Below the pieces are notes generated by a model. The model was not told the DNA's origin, made no database searches, and saw only the letters and a program-made list of their open reading frames with translations. A stretch of DNA of 32,000 nucleotides from Horticoccus luteus. GTDB taxonomy: Bacteria > Verrucomicrobiota > Verrucomicrobiia > Opitutales > Opitutaceae. A program made the translations under genes and the position numbers. Positions within the stretch are counted from its first letter, which is position 1. Each line of letters opens with the position of its first letter. The stretch lies in contig NZ_CP080507.1 in the NCBI RefSeq assembly GCF_019464535.1, forward strand, positions 1,200,001-1,232,000. Reading direction: 5' to 3'. Positions 8,063 through 16,684 of this stretch are shown here, one piece after another.

Positions 8063-8887
8063 TCAGTGGCGCGCGAGCGAAAAGCGTTGTTGCACCGGGC
8101 CGACGTGGAATTCGCCGCGACGGCGTTCGATGCGGCGCCAGGCGATTTCGTCGGTGCCGAGGTCGACCGCCCATGTGCGCGACCCCAGGCAAAACGAGCC
8201 GGTGTTGATGATCATGACGCCGTTGGTGCGCGTCCAGACGCCGGGCCGGTGCGTGTGCCCGATGACGATGCATTGGGTGTTGGGCCGATAGCGCCGCACA
8301 AAGAGTTCGGCTCGACGCGGCACTTCCTGCCAGGCGCGCAGAACGCGCAGGACGCGGGTGGGCGGCCACGCGGTGTCGCGGACGAGATGTTGAAAGTAAC
8401 GGATGCTGCGCCGTTCCGACTGGTGGCGCTGGGGGATTGCCGCCGCGGCAACGCGCAGGGCGGCGAGGCGTTCTTCGAGGGAGGCGCGTTCGCCGGCTTC
8501 GATTTTACCGTATTGCTCCGCGAGCAGACGGGCAGCGAGCTTGGCGTCGCGGCCCCAGGGCACGATCTCGTCCCAGAGGATGTCGCCGTGCGTCGCAAAG
8601 ACCGCGCCATCACCCAGGTCGACCGAGTGGACGGTGGAAAAATCCGGATCGTGATTGCCGGTGACCATGTCGACGGCGGGGACGTGGGCGGGGAAAAACG
8701 CGCGAATTTCCGCGGCGAGGGTCGCGGTTCGCTCCGGCGTCGCGGAGGCGCGGGTGTCGAGCGAATCGCCGTTGAGCACCAAGCGGTCGACGTCCTCAAA
8801 CAGCGGACGGAGCATGGCCAGAGATGCGACGCGGCTGGCGCGATCGCCGTAGTGAAGGTCGGAAATTATCCGAGTAACCTGGGCCAT
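8063..8887 (-). CDS. Calcineurin-like metallophosphoesterase
   Basis: Ordered metal-binding motifs: ISDLHYGD, LNGDSLD, TGNHD, THGD and VIGHTHRPGV. Confidence 0.85.
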   Translation of the reverse strand: MAQVTRIISDLHYGDRASRVASLAMLRPLFEDVDRLVLNGDSLDTRASATPERTATLAAEIRAFFPAHVPAVDMVTGNHDPDFSTVHSVDLGDGAVFATHGDILWDEIVPWGRDAKLAARLLAEQYGKIEAGERASLEERLAALRVAAAAIPQRHQSERRSIRYFQHLVRDTAWPPTRVLRVLRAWQEVPRRAELFVRRYRPNTQCIVIGHTHRPGVWTRTNGVMIINTGSFCLGSRTWAVDLGTDEIAWRRIERRRGEFHVGPVQQRFSLARH

Positions 8888-8995
8888 CCTACGAAGATTG
8901 GCCGCGAGAGACTTTGTTCAATCGAAATGACCGGCACGTCGGGCCCGCTGGGTCGAGAGATCCGGAAGAGTGGCGGAGCTGGCCGCCGGGCGCGT

Positions 8996-9679
8996 TCACT
9001 GATCGTCGTGCGCGCCGGACGCAGCGCGACCCATGCCGGGGAAGCCGCTCATGTCGAATTTACGAAAATCCGCGGGCGGTTCGAATGCCGAATCGGGGAT
9101 GATGCCTTTTTTCACTTCCGTCACTTCGAGGCGAAACGGCGACTTGCCGGATTCGCTGACGACACGAAGGGGAAAGAAGTTTTTGCCGGTCAACGCCTGT
9201 TCCCAAGGGGCACTGGCGGCGCGGCGTCCGCCCATCGGGTTGCCAACCGCACCGAGGCCCATGAACGTGCCGAGTTCATCCGTCGCCCAGACATCGGTTT
9301 TCGTATCCTTCGAAGTGACGACGTATTTGGTGCAGTTGTAGCCGAGGATTTTCTGCGTTTCGCTGGTCTTTTCGATTTTGACGTCATCGGAATCGTGCCC
9401 GGAGGCGGCCGCGGCGTTGCGCATGGGCATGACCATATACATGTGCTGGGCCGGCATGAGCATGATCATTTGGTCATGGTCCCGATCGAGAATCGCGCTG
9501 GCGTTGTGACCTTGGCCCAGTTCGACATCGGTGCGGACGCGCGAGCCTTTCATTTCGTAAGTGATCGGGTGGGTCGTGCCGCCGTTGGTCATGGTCATCT
9601 TAACGGTGCCTTCGAAACTCGCCGCATGTGCGACGAGGAGGGACAACAAGAAACCCAGGGGGAGGAGTAGGAATTTCAT
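8996..9679 (-). CDS. Secreted DUF4412-like protein
   Basis: Signal peptide MKFLLLPLGFLLSLLVAHAASF. The body (FEGTVKMTMTNGG...ILGYNCTKYVV...VWATDELG...PLRVV) resembles DUF4412 proteins. Assigned from memory only. Confidence 0.7.
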   Translation of the reverse strand: MKFLLLPLGFLLSLLVAHAASFEGTVKMTMTNGGTTHPITYEMKGSRVRTDVELGQGHNASAILDRDHDQMIMLMPAQHMYMVMPMRNAAAASGHDSDDVKIEKTSETQKILGYNCTKYVVTSKDTKTDVWATDELGTFMGLGAVGNPMGGRRAASAPWEQALTGKNFFPLRVVSESGKSPFRLEVTEVKKGIIPDSAFEPPADFRKFDMSGFPGMGRAASGAHDDQ

Positions 9680-9759
9680 GGGGAATAGGGGTAGGGAAAG
9701 AAATGCGGCGTGCAGTTTCAGCGCTTGCCAGTGACCAGCCGAGCTTTGAATTGTCCGGC

Positions 9760-10263
9760 ATGGCTCTTTTTGGTTCCCGTGCGACGTTGCGCGATCAGAC
9801 GGCCGATCGGCCGGAGGCTTTTGCGGCGGCGTTTTCGTATTTGGAAGAGGTCTTCCGTCCGGGTTCTCCGGCGGCGGCCCGGCTGGCGGCGCTTGCCGCC
9901 GGGGAGACCAAGCGCGTGGAGCTATCCGACGGGGCGTTTGCGCTGGAGCAGGCGTATTGGACGAAGGCGCGTGAAGATGGTTTTTTCGAGTCGCACCGCC
10001 GTTATATTGACGTGCAGGTCGTGGTGGCGGGCCATGAGGCCATGGAGGTCGTCGATCTCAGCCGTGTGGAGCAGACGGCGCCTTACGATGCGGAGCGGGA
10101 TTTCATCAAGCACGGGGAGCAAGTGCAGGCCTCGCGTCTGATGTTGGGCGAGGGGGAGGCGGCGGTGTTTTTTCCTGCGGACGTGCACATGCCATCGCTG
10201 CGGAGCGGCGCGGATCCGCAGCTCGTGCGGAAGTCGGTGGTGAAGGTGCCGGTCATCGCATGA
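9760..10263 (+). CDS. YhcH/YjgK/YiaL family protein (DUF386)
   Basis: The internal ATG at 9760 gives MALFGS..., like YiaL's MIFGHI. Also SHRRYIDVQVVVAGHEAMEV and VFFPADVHMPS...VKV. An upstream ATG at 9703 is an alternative start. Confidence 0.8.
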   Translation: MALFGSRATLRDQTADRPEAFAAAFSYLEEVFRPGSPAAARLAALAAGETKRVELSDGAFALEQAYWTKAREDGFFESHRRYIDVQVVVAGHEAMEVVDLSRVEQTAPYDAERDFIKHGEQVQASRLMLGEGEAAVFFPADVHMPSLRSGADPQLVRKSVVKVPVIA

Positions 10264-10288
10264 GCAGTCGGGGGCGGTCCGGCACGCG

Positions 10289-11152
10289 ATGAATTACCGG
10301 CACCATTTTCACGCCGGCAATTTTGCCGACGTCATGAAACATGCGTTGCTCGTGGCGTTGGTGCGCGGGCTGCAGCGCAAGGAGCGCGGGTTTCTGTATC
10401 TCGATACGCATGCCGGCCGCGGCGGATACGATTTGAGCGTGGCGGCGCAGGGAGACTCACTGGTGCGAACGCCGGAGTGGCCGGAGGGCGTGGGGCGGCT
10501 GTGGGCTGCGTCTGATTTGCCGGCTGAATTGCGCGACTACATCGACAGCGTGCGGCAGTTTGACCGGCGAGCGGGTAATATTGAGGAAACGGCGCGGTTT
10601 TATCCGGGTTCGCCGTGGATCGTGCGTTCGTTGGTGCGGCCGCAGGATCGCATGGTGTTGTACGAGCAACAGCCGGCGGAATGCGCCGCGCTGCGGGCGG
10701 AGTTCGCGGGTGACCCGCAAGTGAAGGTGCAGGAAGCGGATGGCTACGGTGCACCGCGCGCGTGGCTGCCGCCCGCGGAACGCCGCGCGCTGGTGCTCAT
10801 CGACCCGCCGTTTGAGGCGCAGGGGGAGTATGGTCGCATGACGACCGCCGTGAGCGAGGGCTTGGAGCGGCTGCCGGCGGGCGTGTTTGCGCTGTGGTAT
10901 CCGTTGACGGAACGCGCGCGAGTGGACGCGTTTTTCGCGTCGTTGCGAGAAATGGTGTTGCCGCCCACGCTCGCGCTGGAACTCGTCGTCGACCCGGACG
11001 CGCCGAAGATGAAGGGGTGCGGCTTGGTCGTGATCAACCCGCCATGGCAGTTCGAGCGCACGACGCGGCCCACGTTAGCTACATTGGCCGCGTTGTTAGG
11101 GCGCAGTCATCGAGCGACAGCCGAGACGATCTGGCTGGTGCGCGAGACGTGA
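10289..11152 (+). CDS. rlmJ: 23S rRNA (adenine2030-N6)-methyltransferase RlmJ
   Basis: MNYRHHFHAGNFADVMKH...LYLDTHAGRGGYDL...YPGSPWI...LIDPPFE...YALWYP...VINPPW. Near-collinear with E. coli RlmJ. Confidence 0.9.
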   Translation: MNYRHHFHAGNFADVMKHALLVALVRGLQRKERGFLYLDTHAGRGGYDLSVAAQGDSLVRTPEWPEGVGRLWAASDLPAELRDYIDSVRQFDRRAGNIEETARFYPGSPWIVRSLVRPQDRMVLYEQQPAECAALRAEFAGDPQVKVQEADGYGAPRAWLPPAERRALVLIDPPFEAQGEYGRMTTAVSEGLERLPAGVFALWYPLTERARVDAFFASLREMVLPPTLALELVVDPDAPKMKGCGLVVINPPWQFERTTRPTLATLAALLGRSHRATAETIWLVRET

Positions 11153-11228
11153 GATCCACTCGCGAGGACGCGAGGCCCAGCCACGGCCCACTGCGGACCG
11201 ACTGAGACACGGCAGCGAGTGCGCGCGT

Positions 11229-11411
11229 TCAGGCGGGCTGCGTCACCCGGATAGCGGTGAACGGAAGCGGCTCAAGGCGAGGCCGAGGATTGGGGATCTC
11301 AGGAGCCTTGAAAAGCGGGCGTCCCCACAGGATGTCGTGCACGGGCGGCGGCCGGCCGGCGAGGGTCGAAAAGGGCAGAGGACGCGGAAGGGTTTTGAGG
11401 GTGGTGCTCAT
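11229..11411 (-). CDS. Possible small Pro-rich protein (60 aa)
   Basis: Internal ATG of track ORF 11229..11636: MSTTLKTLPRPLPFSTLAGRPPPVHDILWGRPLFKAPEIP... About 78% of the third codon positions I read are G/C. No family recognised. Confidence 0.3.
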   Translation of the reverse strand: MSTTLKTLPRPLPFSTLAGRPPPVHDILWGRPLFKAPEIPNPRPRLEPLPFTAIRVTQPA

Positions 11412-11617
11412 GGTAGTCAGGTCAGGTGGTTGGTGGGATACGGTGAGAGGTGCGTTGGAGCCGGGGCGTGAAATAAAAGTTCCCGCAGCCGAGCCAGACG
11501 GAGAGAGTTTTTTGATGAGTTGAACGCGGTTTACTACTGGTGGCAGGCCGCAGCGTCGCCACGCAGTGATCTGCGCAGCACGCGGAAGGTCACGGCGGGC
11601 GGCCGGCCGAGCCGGAG

Positions 11618-12007
11618 TCAGGCAACGGCGGGCCAACGGCCGTGCGCGGGTTCGAGCTTGGGCACGGTGAGGGTGAGGAGACCGTGCGCGATTTCAGCGC
11701 GGAGGTTGTCCACGTCGAAGTCGTGCCCAAGCCGCAAGCGCAACTGGTAATCGCGCTGCGCGGTCTCGAGGTGCAGCGCCTGCCAGTTGACGCGCACGTA
11801 GTGGGCTTTCCGCGCCGTGACCGTGAGGTCGGCGCCGCGCCATTCGATATCCACGCCGCCCGCTTCCACGCCGGGCACGTAGATCACGAGTTTAAGGGCG
11901 TCCGGCTGCTCGCGGCAGTCGTAATTCGGCTTGCGGAAAACAGAAGAGGGGGAAGCAGCCGAGCGCGAACGAGCAACTGACCTGAGGGGGGCGACAATGG
12001 AGTGCAT
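11618..12007 (-). CDS. Hsp20/alpha-crystallin family small heat-shock protein
   Basis: Alpha-crystallin-domain pattern: PNYDCREQPDALKLVIYVPGVEAGGVDIEWRGADLTVTARK...YQLRLRLG...DNLRAEIAHGLLTLTVPK. Confidence 0.8.
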   Translation of the reverse strand: MHSIVAPLRSVARSRSAASPSSVFRKPNYDCREQPDALKLVIYVPGVEAGGVDIEWRGADLTVTARKAHYVRVNWQALHLETAQRDYQLRLRLGHDFDVDNLRAEIAHGLLTLTVPKLEPAHGRWPAVA

Positions 12008-12336
12008 GGAGGAAATAGAAAATGAGGTTTCAGCCTCGGGGTTGGAACCGCCGGGCTTCAGAGGGGCTAAACGTTGTCCGTCTTGCGGAGGTTTAGGCCT
12101 GAGAGCCCGAGCCGGATTGGGATTTATTCCAATTTTGGGCGACCGTATGCATCTGGGCGCGGCAAAGAACGACGGCCTTCGTGAACGAAGTGCCGGCGCG
12201 AGCGCGGAGATGTTTATACGAAACGGTCATTGGAACGAGGTCACCATGCAGTCTGCAGTTCGCATGCCAAGTTTTTATTTGCGTTGGCGCGTGAAGATTG
12301 CGTGACGCGCGCCGGGGCCGAGGCATCGTGACGTGG

Positions 12337-13266
12337 ATGCAGCGCTGCCTCGCGTGGTTGACCAACGCATTCCCCTTTTGGGTCCTCGGCGGCGGCGTGG
12401 CGGCGCTCTTTGTGCCCGCGTGGTTCACGTGGTTTAGCGGGCCGTGGATCGTGTGGGGGCTCGCTCTCGTGATGCTCGGCATGGGACTCACATTGACGAT
12501 CGATGACTTCCGCCGGGTGTTCACCATGCCGCGCCCGGTGGTGCTGGGCTTCGCCGCGCAGTATACGATTATGCCGCTGCTGGGCTGGGGCATCGCACGA
12601 ATGCTGCATCTTGAAACGCCGTTCGCCGTGGGGTTGATTCTCGTCTCGTGCTGCCCGGGAGGCACGGCGTCGAACGTCGTCACCTTTCTCGCGAAGGCGG
12701 ATGTGGCGTTGTCAGTCGTAATGACCATGTGCTCGACGTTTGCCGCGGTCTTCATGACGCCGCTGCTGACGCAGTGGCTCGCAGGCACGATGGTGCGCGT
12801 GGATGGCTGGGGGCTTTTTGCGAGCACCGCGAAAGTGGTGCTCGCGCCGGTGTTACTGGGCGTGGCGTTGAATCGCGTCGCGCCCCGGGCGGTGGGGCGC
12901 TTGCTGCCGGCGGCGCCGCTCATGTCGGTGCTCGGCGTGACGCTGATCGTGGCAAGTATCATCGGGCAGAGCGGCGAGGCGATTCGAGCGAGCGCGGGGG
13001 TGCTGCTCTTGGCGGTGCTGCTGCTGCACGTGGGCGGATTCGCGTTGGGTTATCTGTCCGCGCGAGTCTTCGGATATCCGCCGCGCATCGCTCGAACGGT
13101 GTCGATCGAGGTCGGGATGCAGAATTCCGGACTCGGCGTGGTGCTGGCGCGACGGCATTTCATCGATCCGCTGACGGCGGTGCCGTGCGCGATTTCCAGC
13201 GTCTTCCATTCGGTGATCGGCAGCGCGCTCGCGGGTTGGTGGCGCTGGCGCGATCGTGGGAAGTGA
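12337..13266 (+). CDS. Bile acid:sodium symporter (BASS) family transporter
   Basis: ATG at 12337 (the track start 12298 lies upstream). Sequence FPFWVLGG...GMGLTLTIDDF...GFAAQYTIMPLLGW...SCCPGGTASNVVTFLAKADVALSVVMT...EVGMQNSGLG. Multi-TM protein. The - ORF 12093..12962 is its shadow. Confidence 0.85.
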   Translation: MQRCLAWLTNAFPFWVLGGGVAALFVPAWFTWFSGPWIVWGLALVMLGMGLTLTIDDFRRVFTMPRPVVLGFAAQYTIMPLLGWGIARMLHLETPFAVGLILVSCCPGGTASNVVTFLAKADVALSVVMTMCSTFAAVFMTPLLTQWLAGTMVRVDGWGLFASTAKVVLAPVLLGVALNRVAPRAVGRLLPAAPLMSVLGVTLIVASIIGQSGEAIRASAGVLLLAVLLLHVGGFALGYLSARVFGYPPRIARTVSIEVGMQNSGLGVVLARRHFIDPLTAVPCAISSVFHSVIGSALAGWWRWRDRGK

Positions 13267-13300
13267 TTGCCGCGCGGGGTGGCGCAGGCATCGTGGGCGC

Positions 13301-13675
13301 ATGAGCGAAATCAACGACGCAACGATGACTGTGGCCGCGCTCAAGGCGCAGGTGCAGGCGTTCGCCCGCGCGCGGGACTGGGAACAGTTTCACGCGCCGA
13401 AAAACCTGAGCATGGCGCTCGCGGCCGAGGCCGGCGAGTTGATGGAGCATTTTCTTTGGAGCACGCCGGCGGAATCGCATGCGGCGGCGCAACTCCCGGC
13501 GAAACGCGCGGAGATCGCTGCGGAATTGGCGGACATCGTGATTTACGCGATCGAATTTGCGAACATCACCCAACTCGATCTGGCGTCGGCAATCACGACC
13601 AAGCTCGCGGCCAACGAGAAGAAATACCCGGTGGAGAAGGCGCGTGGAAATTCGGCGAAGTATACGGAGCTCTAA
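13301..13675 (+). CDS. MazG-like nucleotide pyrophosphohydrolase (dCTP-pyrophosphatase-like)
   Basis: ATG at 13301. Sequence LKAQVQAFARARDWEQFHAPKNLSMALAAEAGELMEHFLW...AELADIVIYAIEFAN...KLAANEKKYP. Confidence 0.8.
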   Translation: MSEINDATMTVAALKAQVQAFARARDWEQFHAPKNLSMALAAEAGELMEHFLWSTPAESHAAAQLPAKRAEIAAELADIVIYAIEFANITQLDLASAITTKLAANEKKYPVEKARGNSAKYTEL

Positions 13676-13738
13676 GGCGCGCGACCTGGCGGGCTTGGCG
13701 GGAGACTGATATGGCCGGGACGCCGTGCGCATATACGC

Positions 13739-13766
13739 AAAACGGGCGGCTCGCGCCGCCCGTTTT
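13739..13766. terminator. Bidirectional intrinsic terminator between convergent genes
   Basis: AAAACGGGCGG(C-TCGC-G)CCGCCCGTTTT forms a perfect 11-12 bp GC-rich stem with a 4-nt loop. It has an A-tract on one side and a T-tract on the other, and sits between the MazG-like (+) and DUF5069-like (-) genes. Confidence 0.7.
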
Positions 13767-13790
13767 CCTCAACAGAGAGCGAGTGATCGC

Positions 13791-14237
13791 TCAGCCTTTG
13801 CCGCCGTAGCTGACGTAGTCGTCGAGATCGAGCAGGTCGGCAAAAGAGCGGATGTCGTCGCGATCGCCCGCGGCGGCTTTGACGGTTTCGGCAATCCATT
13901 CGTGTCCACCCACGCCGCCGGGTCCGTGCTGATCGAGCCATTCCGTCCACGCGTGGATTTCGGCTTTGCTGCGCGACGTATGCGCGCGCACCCACGTGAG
14001 AATCTCGGTGTCGCTGCCGCCTTTTTTCACCTCGGCGAGCAGGGCTTCGTGGTCGATGCCGGTGAAATCGAAAAAGTTTCGATCGAGCGGGCAGTTGTAG
14101 TGGTAGCCGCCGTTTTTGCCGGCGGCGAATGCGCGCGCTTTGTCGAGCAGGCGCGGGAGGTGGCAGAAGCCGCCGAGCCGCGTGCGAACGCTGCGCGGCG
14201 GATGCTGAGTGGGGTCAGGCTGAGCGAGGTTGAGCAT
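13791..14237 (-). CDS. DUF5069-like protein
   Basis: PRSVRTRLGGFCHLPRLLDKARAFAAGKNGGYHYNCPLDRNFFDFTGID. Matches my recollection of the DUF5069 N-terminal signature. Confidence 0.7.
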   Translation of the reverse strand: MLNLAQPDPTQHPPRSVRTRLGGFCHLPRLLDKARAFAAGKNGGYHYNCPLDRNFFDFTGIDHEALLAEVKKGGSDTEILTWVRAHTSRSKAEIHAWTEWLDQHGPGGVGGHEWIAETVKAAAGDRDDIRSFADLLDLDDYVSYGGKG

Positions 14238-14529
14238 AAGGGAAAATAGTCAGGTGAGAACCGGCGTGGCAGGCGCAGCCTGAGCGGAAGCGTTTCGTAA
14301 ACGCAGGTCGTTACACCGGCGAAGGCCGCGGAACATGGCCCTCGAACGCTGCCGACTGCAAGTGCCGGCCGATGTTTATGGCGCAATGGCCTCGGCCCGC
14401 AGGTTTCTCACGCGTTCGGCGGTCGAGGGGAGCGTGCTCAAAGAGCTGAAATCGCCACCGCTTTTCGGTCGGTCGTTTTCAAGCCGTTCCGGCATGTTGC
14501 CGCGGGGCGAAGGCGCGGGTTCCATGGCT

Positions 14530-15054
14530 TTACGGGGCGGGGCGGAAGGCTTTCATGACGGTCTCATTCGTTTCGAGGCGGGGGCCGCCGATGAGATCGA
14601 TGCAGTAGGGAATCGCGGGAAAAACCGCGGCGAGATTTTCGCGAATCGCTTTCGGCCGGCCGGGGAGGTTGACGATCAGCGTGCGGCCGCGAAGGCCGGC
14701 GGTCTGGCGCGAGAGAATGGCGGTCGCCACGTAGCGCAGCGAGGTCGCGCGCATGAGTTCGCCGAAACCGGGCAGCAGCTTTTCGCATACGTCGGTCGTG
14801 GCCTCGGGCGTGACGTCGCGCGGCGCGGGTCCGGTGCCGCCGGTCGTGACAACGAGGCAGCAGCCGCTGACGTCGGCCATGCGACGCAGTTGGGCGGCGA
14901 TGAGGGCGCGGTCATCGGGGACAATTTTATAATCGAGTTCGAAGGGGCTCACGAGCCATTCGCGCAGGAGCGCGACGCAGGCCTGGCCGGGCGTATCTTC
15001 ATACACTCCCGCACTGGCGCGGTCGGAAACATTGAGCACACCAATCTTCGTCAT
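14530..15054 (-). CDS. mog: Molybdopterin adenylyltransferase MogA
   Basis: IGVLNVSDRAS.GVYEDTPG...LVVTTGGTGPAPRDVTPEAT...PGFGELMR...LIVNLPGRPKA. Confidence 0.85.
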   Translation of the reverse strand: MTKIGVLNVSDRASAGVYEDTPGQACVALLREWLVSPFELDYKIVPDDRALIAAQLRRMADVSGCCLVVTTGGTGPAPRDVTPEATTDVCEKLLPGFGELMRATSLRYVATAILSRQTAGLRGRTLIVNLPGRPKAIRENLAAVFPAIPYCIDLIGGPRLETNETVMKAFRPAP

Positions 15055-15133
15055 GCCGGAGCGCCGACTACGAAGGGAAACCGCTGCCGTGACAAGCGCG
15101 CGCCGCCGGGGGACGCGGGAAATCGCGGGCGGC

Positions 15134-16021
15134 TCATAGGAGCGGCTGCGGGGTTTCGAGTTCGACGCCGCAGAGGCGGCGAATATCGCGGGGCGTGCGG
15201 CCGGCGGTGCGGAGGGTGCGGAGGCTGAGCGCGTCGTGGCGTTTGGCGAGGCGGACGCCGTTTTCGTCGCGCATCAGATCGCAATGAAAGTAAGCGGGCA
15301 CGGCGTGGCCGAGCGCGCGCAACACGAGGATTTGGCGGAAAGTGGATTTGATCAGGTCGCCGCCGCGGACGACTTCGGTGATGCCCATCGCGGCGTCATC
15401 GACGGCGCAAGCGAGTTGGTAGCTGGGCACGTCGTCTTTTCGCCACACGAGAAAGTCGCCGAAGTCGCGGCCGGCGACGGCGGATTGCGGGCCGGCGTGG
15501 CCGTCTTGGAACGTGATGGTTTCGCCATCGGGGACGCGGAGTCGCCAGTTGACCGTGACAGGATCGCCGAGCGGCGGGAGGGGCGCATCGGGCGGCGGGC
15601 GGAAGGCGGCCGGATAAACGGGCTCATCGTCGGCGCCGCCTTCATGGGGGGCAGCGGCGGCGGCGAGCACATCGCGGCGGGAATGGGTGCAGGGGAAAAT
15701 GAGGCGCGCGGCGTGGAGTTGTGCGAGCGCCGCGCGATAGAGCGGGCGACGTTGGCTTTGGTTGTAAGGTGCGCTGGGTCCGCCGACGTCGGGCCCTTCG
15801 CTCCACGCCAGGCCGAGCCAGCGCAGGTCCTCGATCATGGCGGCGACGAAATCCATGTGGTAACGCGTGGAGTCGAGGTCGTCGTTGCGCAGGAGGAGCC
15901 GGCCATCGGCAGCTTGGGCGCGCGCGGCGGCGAGGAGGAACGTGCGGGCGTGCCCGAGGTGCAGATGGCCGGTGGGAGAGGGGGCGAGGCGGCCGCGGTA
16001 GGTGGGAGGCGGAGGGAGCAC
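15134..16021 (-). CDS. gluQ: Glutamyl-Q tRNA(Asp) synthetase (GluQRS/YadB)
   Basis: GTG start. Motifs: RLAPSPTGHLHLGHA (HIGH), NDDLD, VWRKDDVPSYQLACAVDDAAMGITEVVRGGDL and LAKRH. It is a truncated GluRS catalytic domain of ~295 aa with no anticodon-binding domain. Confidence 0.85.
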   Translation of the reverse strand: MLPPPPTYRGRLAPSPTGHLHLGHARTFLLAAARAQAADGRLLLRNDDLDSTRYHMDFVAAMIEDLRWLGLAWSEGPDVGGPSAPYNQSQRRPLYRAALAQLHAARLIFPCTHSRRDVLAAAAAPHEGGADDEPVYPAAFRPPPDAPLPPLGDPVTVNWRLRVPDGETITFQDGHAGPQSAVAGRDFGDFLVWRKDDVPSYQLACAVDDAAMGITEVVRGGDLIKSTFRQILVLRALGHAVPAYFHCDLMRDENGVRLAKRHDALSLRTLRTAGRTPRDIRRLCGVELETPQPLL

Positions 16022-16107
16022 GGCGGAAGCGGAAAGCGCAGCGGGCGGGGGAAAGAGGCGCGAGAAATTTGTGTGGATAACTCCGGATTAGTCGTTTGTC
16101 AGAGACC

Positions 16108-16680
16108 ATGCCGAAATTGCTCTGCGTTTACTGTGCGTCGAGTCGCAGCCTGGATCCGAAATATCACGCGGCGGCGGCGGCGCTCGGGCGTGAGATGGTG
16201 TCGCGGGGTTACGGTTTGGTTTACGGTGGCGGCCATGCGGGGCTGATGGGCTCGGTGGCGCGGGCGGTGAAAGAGGCGGGCGGCCAGGTGGTGGGTGTGA
16301 TCCCGGAGTTCATGAAGACGCGCGAGCTGGCGTTTGTGGAGGCCGATGAATTGGTGACGGTGAAAACGATGCGCGAACGGAAGCAGCTCATGGAGGATCG
16401 TGCGGTGGCGTTCATCACGTTGCCGGGCGGGATCGGCACCGTGGAGGAATTCATGGAGATCATCACGCTGCGCTACATCAACCAGCTCGCGAAGCCGGTG
16501 ATTCTCGTGAATCAGGATGGTTACTACGACGATCTGCTGCGGTTTTTCGAACGGATGACGGCGGAGAAATTCAAATCGCCCGGGCTGCTGCAACTGTTCG
16601 ACGTGGCGCCGACGGTCGAGGCGGTCTGGCCGTTGCTCGAAGCGGCGCGGCCGTTCACGGCGGACGAACTCTGGCGCTGA
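16108..16680 (+). CDS. LOG family protein (nucleotide 5'-monophosphate phosphoribohydrolase, TIGR00730-like)
   Basis: ATG at 16108 (the track start 16096 is TTG). Sequence VYCASS...GLVYGGGHAGLMG...MRERK...FITLPGGIGTVEEFME. Confidence 0.85.
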   Translation: MPKLLCVYCASSRSLDPKYHAAAAALGREMVSRGYGLVYGGGHAGLMGSVARAVKEAGGQVVGVIPEFMKTRELAFVEADELVTVKTMRERKQLMEDRAVAFITLPGGIGTVEEFMEIITLRYINQLAKPVILVNQDGYYDDLLRFFERMTAEKFKSPGLLQLFDVAPTVEAVWPLLEAARPFTADELWR

Positions 16681-16684
16681 GACG

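Noticed and set aside
7424-9670. 748-aa + strand ORF spanning four minus-strand genes
   Set aside because: It is a shadow ORF. It overlaps the Nudix 3' end and runs antisense to the 97-aa ORF, the metallophosphoesterase and the DUF4412-like genes, which carry real motifs. Its own sequence is low-complexity (G/R/A/D/V).
11229-11636. Full 135-aa version of the minus-strand ORF downstream of hsp20
   Set aside because: Its N-terminal 75 residues overlap the hsp20 3' end and are Arg/Pro/Ala-rich and implausible as protein. I kept only the ATG-initiated 60-aa tail, as a low-confidence feature.
14376-14495. 39-aa minus-strand mini-ORF (MPERLENDRPKSGGDFSSLSTLPSTAERVRNLRAEAIAP) in the 290-nt gap between mog and the DUF5069-like gene
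   Set aside because: It is too short to judge from sequence alone, and there is no recognisable motif or ribosome-binding evidence.
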